64,000 nt of DNA from a virus (Duplodnaviria; Caudoviricetes): positions 154,432-218,431 of the IMG/VR virus record IMGVR_UViG_3300010163_000003. One strand, given 5' to 3'. Shown one piece after another: positions 59,416 to 64,000 of this stretch (positions are counted from its first letter, which is position 1; every line of letters begins with the position of its first letter). Both the position numbers and the translations under genes were made by a program. The notes beneath the pieces are model-generated. The model worked only from the letters and a program-made list of their open reading frames with translations, made no database searches and was not told the DNA's origin.

Positions 59416-59772
59416 ATGGCAAACTTCAAAGACTTCTTCCTGAATAGCAATAACAAAGACTGCTTTATCGGGAATAAGGTAATCTATGGGCAGAGCTATT
59501 ACTGGGTATGCGTAAACGAAACCGGAGAAGACCCGTCTGATATCGACATGGAGCGCTTCATGCTTTTAGGGCAGCTTGATGAGTTGGAAGAAAACATCAA
59601 TACCCTTGAGATGGAGCGCTCTAGCAATGAAATAACCCTCAAAGTGTTGAGGACAGCGAGAGACGAGCTACTCAAGGTTATCTATGAAAACTATCTGCCT
59701 GAACTAAAAGAACGGTTTGCAGACAGCATAGAAGGGATGAGCGATTACGCAATCATTCATATCACCTACTAA
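59416..59772 (+). CDS. Hypothetical early protein (118 aa)
   Basis: RBS AGGAGGT. Confidence 0.7.
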   Translation: MANFKDFFLNSNNKDCFIGNKVIYGQSYYWVCVNETGEDPSDIDMERFMLLGQLDELEENINTLEMERSSNEITLKVLRTARDELLKVIYENYLPELKERFADSIEGMSDYAIIHITY

Positions 59773-59793
59773 AAGCTGATGGAAATCGTTAAA

Positions 59794-59821
59794 ACGAGAA
59801 CAGCAAAGCTGTAAGCTGTGA
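59794..59821 (+). promoter_or_regulatory. Triloop-hairpin motif copy 5
   Basis: ACGAGAACAGCAAAGCTGTAAGCTGTGA. Confidence 0.65.
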
Positions 59822-59854
59822 TAGAATTAATCTATAATACCGGAGGTATATGCT

Positions 59855-60187
59855 ATGGCAAAAGTAAAAACTCTGGAAACAGAAATTAACGAAACAATTA
59901 AAGCTATAAATAAACTAGAAGCTTTTCTTGAAGAAGTTGATTCTATCACAGACCTGAATCCGTTCATCGCTGATATGGCTAATAAGGCTGAATGGGAATT
60001 GGACGGATTAAACTGGCAGCTTTATGCGTTAGAACAAGATAGCGACCCATATTATCGGCTTGAGCGCATCAATGACTGTATCGTTGATTGCTGGATGTAT
60101 GGCGATGTTAATGGCATGAAATATTTCCAGCAACAAGCGAAAGAAATCAGGGCACAGCTCATAACTAAAAAAGCGCATAAAAGCTAA
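59855..60187 (+). CDS. Hypothetical helical early protein (110 aa)
   Basis: RBS GGAGGT. Confidence 0.7.
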   Translation: MAKVKTLETEINETIKAINKLEAFLEEVDSITDLNPFIADMANKAEWELDGLNWQLYALEQDSDPYYRLERINDCIVDCWMYGDVNGMKYFQQQAKEIRAQLITKKAHKS

Positions 60188-60205
60188 TCAACATCTCAGT
60201 CATAT

Positions 60206-60249
60206 ATGAGTGCCGCTTATTTGCCCATTATGTAATAAGCGGCACTCAT
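60206..60249 (+). other. 16-bp perfect intergenic stem (possible RNase III site)
   Basis: ATGAGTGCCGCTTATT / AATAAGCGGCACTCAT with no U-tract. Confidence 0.45.
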
Positions 60250-60277
60250 CCACCCTTTGATTCATAGGAGGTTTATC

Positions 60278-60466
60278 ATGAAAACTATCAATAACAACAA
60301 TCACATCTCCACGATTACTCGTACCCCTATACTTGCTTCTAGTGATCAAAACATAAAAGCTAACAATGATTACTTCTGGTATGAAGGATACGGCCTAATT
60401 CTCAGAGCTTATGATGATTGGTCTGACTGTCTTGGTGATGGAGATTACGATGTTCCTCACGAATAA
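60278..60466 (+). CDS. Hypothetical early protein (62 aa)
   Basis: ATG 60278 after AGGAGGT. Confidence 0.6.
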   Translation: MKTINNNNHISTITRTPILASSDQNIKANNDYFWYEGYGLILRAYDDWSDCLGDGDYDVPHE

Positions 60467-60478
60467 GAAGGTGTTTAC

Positions 60479-60604
60479 ATGAAAGAACTCTTTAAACGCA
60501 TCAAGGCGACGAAGAAAACCCTTGAGACCGCCGATAAGAAGCTTGATAAAATTCAGAATGAATTGGACAGGCTTAACCGTAAGTATATCAACCTCGTCAA
60601 ATAA
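60479..60604 (+). CDS. Small coiled-coil protein (41 aa, not in ORF track)
   Basis: MKELFKRIKATKKTLETADKKLDKIQNELDRLNRKYINLVK; RBS AAGGTG. Confidence 0.6.
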   Translation: MKELFKRIKATKKTLETADKKLDKIQNELDRLNRKYINLVK

Positions 60605-60620
60605 GAAAGGATGTTTTACA

Positions 60621-60791
60621 ATGACAATCGCAACCGTAGACAATCGCATTGATTACCTTGAGGCGCTCATTCTCGAAATGCAGGCCGAAGCCGAAATGGA
60701 TTTCGATGTCCAAGAAAAGATTTACGAAATAGAGACCGAACTCGATGAGCTGTACATCCGCAGGGCACATCTGATTATGGCACAGTCCTAA
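60621..60791 (+). CDS. Small acidic helical protein (56 aa)
   Basis: ATG 60621 after AGAAAGGA. Confidence 0.65.
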   Translation: MTIATVDNRIDYLEALILEMQAEAEMDFDVQEKIYEIETELDELYIRRAHLIMAQS

Positions 60792-60864
60792 CTACCCACG
60801 TAGATAGGGCTTTTTATTTTGGTAGAATAGCCGATATATAACACATAAGAAAGGAAGTGCCAAA

Positions 60865-61014
60865 ATGACCAGCTACGAAATTAATCTCCTTAAAGAACTC
60901 TGGAAGGCACACAAAGAAATCGGACACCTTCTCCCGAATATGATGGAAACCTTTCAGAACCTTGTAAACAAATTCGAATTCTCTTACAACGAAACCTATT
61001 GTGGGCAAATATAA
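60865..61014 (+). CDS. Small protein (49 aa, not in ORF track)
   Basis: MTSYEINLLKELWKAHKEIGHLLPNMMETFQNLVNKFEFSYNETYCGQI; RBS AGAAAGGA; terminator at 61024-61052. Confidence 0.6.
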   Translation: MTSYEINLLKELWKAHKEIGHLLPNMMETFQNLVNKFEFSYNETYCGQI

Positions 61015-61023
61015 TATTCACAT

Positions 61024-61052
61024 GACCCTGCGTAAGCGGGGTCTTTTATTTT
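61024..61052 (+). terminator. Intrinsic terminator
   Basis: GACCCTGC-GTAA-GCGGGGTC then TTTTATTTT. Confidence 0.75.
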
Positions 61053-61105
61053 CGTAAAGGAAAAACAAAACATTATATACACACGTAAGAAAGGACGTAA
61101 TAACT

Positions 61106-61273
61106 ATGCGCAAGAATCTTAACAGGAAATCGTACAACGAGAAAGACAACCGTTACATGCAGTATGTCCCGTCCGGCTATCACAAGATTATCGACAGGTA
61201 TGGCTGCGTGCATGTCGTGCCGAATGAGGTGGTCTATACCAAAATCTCTGTTCCAGCCGTGGCGAAAGTTTGA
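61106..61273 (+). CDS. Small protein (55 aa, not in ORF track)
   Basis: MRKNLNRKSYNEKDNRYMQYVPSGYHKIIDRYGCVHVVPNEVVYTKISVPAVAKV; RBS AGAAAGGA. Confidence 0.6.
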   Translation: MRKNLNRKSYNEKDNRYMQYVPSGYHKIIDRYGCVHVVPNEVVYTKISVPAVAKV

Positions 61274-61280
61274 ACATCGC

Positions 61281-61312
61281 AGCTCCATCGAAAGGTGGAG
61301 CTTTTTATTTTT
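61281..61312 (+). terminator. Intrinsic terminator
   Basis: AGCTCCATC-GAAA-GGTGGAGCT then TTTTATTTTT. Confidence 0.75.
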
Positions 61313-61357
61313 ATAGAACAATAGTTCAAAATAAAGATATGGCTGGAGGTAAATATC

Positions 61358-61642
61358 ATGGCTAAGCAAACCTTAACCCTGACTCTGGATGCGAATGAAT
61401 ATCACGAGCTGATGAACAAAATCGGCTACTTCGAGAACGAATTGTACTGCGAAGAAACCTGCTCATTTAGCAAAGAAGAGTACGCCGCCAGAGCTGACAT
61501 TCGCACTAAGCTCTATGACGGCCTTCGTGAAGCCCATCGCAAACTTGTCCGTTACCTCGACGAAGCTGAGGATAAAATCCGTCAGGAAAACCTGAAAAAG
61601 CATACCGACTTTGTCGTGGACGGATTTGGCGCTCCGTTCTAA
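61358..61642 (+). CDS. Early protein ending in APF
   Basis: RBS GGAGGT; ends DFVVDGFGAPF. Confidence 0.7.
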   Translation: MAKQTLTLTLDANEYHELMNKIGYFENELYCEETCSFSKEEYAARADIRTKLYDGLREAHRKLVRYLDEAEDKIRQENLKKHTDFVVDGFGAPF

Positions 61643-61649
61643 ACCAGTC

Positions 61650-61692
61650 AAGGCACCGCCTATCTTCTCTCGATAGACGGTGCCTTTATTTT
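61650..61692 (+). terminator. Intrinsic terminator
   Basis: AAGGCACCGCCTATC / GATAGACGGTGCCTT then TATTTT. Confidence 0.65.
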
Positions 61693-61707
61693 ATGGAGGG
61701 AAGCAAA

Positions 61708-62613
61708 ATGGACAAATCTATGGAAGCCATTGAGAATGAACTCACTAAGAAATACTTTCTTGGCTTTATAGAAAAAACATCTCCAAAACACATAAGAAAG
61801 GATGGTACTACAATGCAAATTGGTATCACAGAACACGGAGACCCTGGCAAAAGCATGTGCTGGCTGAATAAGGCTATTGCCGATGATAATATCAAAGGCA
61901 TGATTCTTATCACTAAGACCATTACCAAGCAATTCGGCAATGCGGTGCTTAAGCTCATGCATCAGAAACCCATTATCATCCATGCTACTTGCACAGGTTG
62001 GGGTTGTACTCCAATGGAGCCAAAGGTATTCTCACCTGACGTACAATTCAAATCTCTGAACAGGCTCATAAAGGCGGGATTTCCGGCCAAGAACGTGGTT
62101 ATTCGCCTTGACCCTATCATTCCTATAGGCGACTGGGAAAAGCGCGTAAGGTACGTTCTGAACTGCGCATTGGGCCTTCAGGTAGTACACCATGATATAA
62201 AGCGCGTTCGAGTATCTGTTATGGATAACTACAAACATGTTCAAGCGCGCTTTAATGACAGGCAATGGAAAATACCCTATGATAGTAACTTTCATGCGCC
62301 TCAATATATCATGGAAAACATTGCAAAGCTCTTGAAAGAATACTCAGATGAGCTTATCTTTGAGACTTGCGCTGAAGATGGGCTGGCAAGAGCGGCGGCA
62401 TGCCAAGGGTATAACATGGAAATGACAGGTTGCTTGAGTATGAAAGACCTGGACATCATGGGATTACTCGACAAAGTGCCAACAAACATCAGCATAAATC
62501 CACAGAATCGCGGCATGTGCAAATGCCTTAACTTTAAAACCGAACTCTTTCCTCGCGACAGAAAATATTGCGATAATGGCTGCGTATACTGCTTCTGGAA
62601 AGATAGTTATTAA
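61708..62613 (+). CDS. DUF1848 / spore-photoproduct-lyase-like radical SAM protein
   Basis: ILITK, TCTGWG..MEPKV, VIRLDPII, ETCAE, GC, RGMCKC and C-terminal CDNGCVYC (CxxxCxxC). Start at ATG 61708 after GGAGG. Confidence 0.7.
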   Translation: MDKSMEAIENELTKKYFLGFIEKTSPKHIRKDGTTMQIGITEHGDPGKSMCWLNKAIADDNIKGMILITKTITKQFGNAVLKLMHQKPIIIHATCTGWGCTPMEPKVFSPDVQFKSLNRLIKAGFPAKNVVIRLDPIIPIGDWEKRVRYVLNCALGLQVVHHDIKRVRVSVMDNYKHVQARFNDRQWKIPYDSNFHAPQYIMENIAKLLKEYSDELIFETCAEDGLARAAACQGYNMEMTGCLSMKDLDIMGLLDKVPTNISINPQNRGMCKCLNFKTELFPRDRKYCDNGCVYCFWKDSY

Positions 62614-62618
62614 ACCGC

Positions 62619-62648
62619 ATAGGGCTGCGTGAGCGGCCCTATTTTATC
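62619..62648 (+). terminator. Intrinsic terminator
   Basis: ATAGGGCTGC-GTGA-GCGGCCCTAT then TTTAT. Confidence 0.65.
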
Positions 62649-62675
62649 TTTAAGAAAGCATAAGGAGGTATTAAT

Positions 62676-63656
62676 ATGTATTTCCGTGGGCAATATAACT
62701 TTTTGTCTAACTTCTATCCTTGCGCGGTACACGATGACTACGGCTTGCAATATAGCTGTGTTGAAGCAGCATTTCAAGCGTCTAAAGTCATAGGTATCGA
62801 GGAGCGCATGAAGTTTACCTTTATGGATGGCTCTAGTGCAAGAGAAATGGGCCGCAAAGTTAAACTTCGTGATGATTGGGAGCTTGTAAAAGTTCCTATC
62901 ATGGATAGGTTACTTCAAGAGAAATTCTCTAATACCGTTCTTAGGGAATTATTAATGGGAGTAACGGATGAAATAGTCGAGGATAATACTTGGAGCGATA
63001 CGTTCTGGGGTCGCTGTAATGGCAAAGGCGAAAACATCCTCGGCAAACTCATTACGAATATCCGTGACTATTATCAGCAAAAGACAAAATGGAAAAAGGC
63101 GTTTACTGTTTGCTTTACTGGGCCAAGACCTAAAAGTCTATATGGCTATAACCGTGAAGCATACAAGCCATTAGTGAAAGCCCTGACAGAAGAGCTTGCA
63201 AATTTGCATGTCTATGAACATTTCGGGCATTTCATTAGTGGCGGTGCACAAGGGTTCGATCAGTTGGCATTCTGGTGCGTGCATCATCTCAAAACTGACA
63301 AAGATAAGCTCTTTAAAGTAAGAAATGAGGTAATGCTTCCAAGTAAGGAATTCGGAAACAGGTGGAAAACAAGCGGTTCTCCGTTCTGTACTGATGAGTT
63401 TAACCTGATGAAGAAACTTGCTGACGATGTGGTATATGTCCATGAGCATACGGCTGACTTCAATGAACTCTATAAAGCCTTAAATGACCGCAATCACGCT
63501 ATGGTAAATAGTGCGGATTTGGTTATCGGTTTATATCGCGACCATAGCTATCTTGATCCTAAAATGCCGGGAGGCACCGCTGAATGTCTGAGGTATGCTA
63601 TCAACAAGAATAAAGAAACAAGAATCTTTAGCCCAGATAAACTCAAATTCATCTAA
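62676..63656 (+). CDS. NADAR (YbiA-like) domain fused to YspA-type SLOG domain
   Basis: NADAR: FLSNFY, EAAFQASK, DDWELVK, KFS, DTFWG, GENILG. SLOG: CFTGPRP, FISGGAQGFDQ, RNHAMV, GGTAECLRYA. Confidence 0.85.
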   Translation: MYFRGQYNFLSNFYPCAVHDDYGLQYSCVEAAFQASKVIGIEERMKFTFMDGSSAREMGRKVKLRDDWELVKVPIMDRLLQEKFSNTVLRELLMGVTDEIVEDNTWSDTFWGRCNGKGENILGKLITNIRDYYQQKTKWKKAFTVCFTGPRPKSLYGYNREAYKPLVKALTEELANLHVYEHFGHFISGGAQGFDQLAFWCVHHLKTDKDKLFKVRNEVMLPSKEFGNRWKTSGSPFCTDEFNLMKKLADDVVYVHEHTADFNELYKALNDRNHAMVNSADLVIGLYRDHSYLDPKMPGGTAECLRYAINKNKETRIFSPDKLKFI

Positions 63657-63698
63657 TTAATTACCCCGGCTAACGCCGGGGTATCAGTATTATAATCA

Positions 63699-63726
63699 AT
63701 AAAAACAGCAAAGCTGTATGTTATGA
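63699..63726 (+). promoter_or_regulatory. Triloop-hairpin motif copy 6
   Basis: ATAAAAACAGCAAAGCTGTATGTTATGA, followed by an inverted 15/16 copy of its core at 63745-63760. Confidence 0.65.
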
Positions 63727-63773
63727 TGTTTAAATAACATAATTTACAGATTTGCTGTTTAGGAGGTAATAAC

Positions 63774-64000
63774 ATGGGCAAAACAATCTGTTTCATTGGA
63801 CCATCAGCTAAAAGATTATATGGTTATGATCATGACAGTTATTTACCATTGGCTGACAGCCTTGAAATGCGTGCAATTGATCTATATATGCATGGCTATA
63901 CAACGTTCATCAGTGGAGGAGCACAAGGCGTAGATCAACTTGCGTTCTGGGCTGTAAACCGTCTAAAAACAAAGGGATATCCCGTAACCAACATTGTTTA
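63774..64000 (+). CDS. Second YspA-type SLOG protein (partial, runs off the right edge)
   Basis: Translated by hand: MGKTICFIGPSAKRLYGYDHDSYLPL...FISGGAQGVDQLAFWAV; RBS AGGAGGT. Confidence 0.8.
   Translation, partial: MGKTICFIGPSAKRLYGYDHDSYLPLADSLEMRAIDLYMHGYTTFISGGAQGVDQLAFWAVNRLKTKGYPVTNIV

Noticed and set aside
55727-63726. CRISPR array or c-di-GMP-I riboswitch explanation for the GCAAAGC motif
   Set aside because: Copies are dispersed, not regularly interspaced, and no cas genes are present. The other conserved riboswitch elements (GGCAAAC, tetraloop/receptor) are missing.
1-64000. tRNA/rRNA genes, integrase, transposase, introns or inteins
   Set aside because: No cloverleaf or recognisable motifs seen by eye; terminase, portal and capsid genes appear uninterrupted. 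tRNAscan-SE and intein profile searches were not run.

Overview
The window is part of a large myovirus-like phage genome. The host is probably a low-GC Gram-positive (Bacillota) bacterium, judging by AGGAGG ribosome-binding sites, consensus sigmaA promoters and BspA-type LRR proteins. It has two divergent arms that meet at about 48.6-49.2 kb. The minus-strand arm (1-48.6 kb, AT-rich) is the virion morphogenesis region. In transcription order it holds an HTH/Zn regulator, Gly-rich candidate ejection proteins, a putative small and a clear large terminase, portal, protease/scaffold, decoration and major capsid proteins, Ig-like and large structural proteins, a modular fibre/adhesin cluster, neck proteins and two tail-sheath-like genes. 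The plus-strand arm (49-64 kb, higher GC) starts with a ~1700-aa single-subunit two-barrel RNA polymerase of the RdRP/YonO type (GADFDGD). It continues with small host-takeover-type genes, including a YodL-like protein, proteins with SSB-like C-terminal tails, a DUF1848-like radical SAM protein, a NADAR-SLOG fusion and a second SLOG gene. The most interesting signals are non-coding and lie in the polymerase arm. (i) Six intergenic copies of a 28-bp motif are built on an ACAGC-AAA-GCTGT triloop hairpin with a compensatory base change; these are candidate hairpin promoters for the phage polymerase. (ii) Three near-perfect sigmaA promoters point antisense, each with a covarying palindrome fused to its -10/+1 region. 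(iii) Large multi-branched RNA-like structures lie directly upstream of the polymerase gene and at 58.65-59.06 kb. All protein assignments come from motif recognition by eye; no database search or folding program was run.
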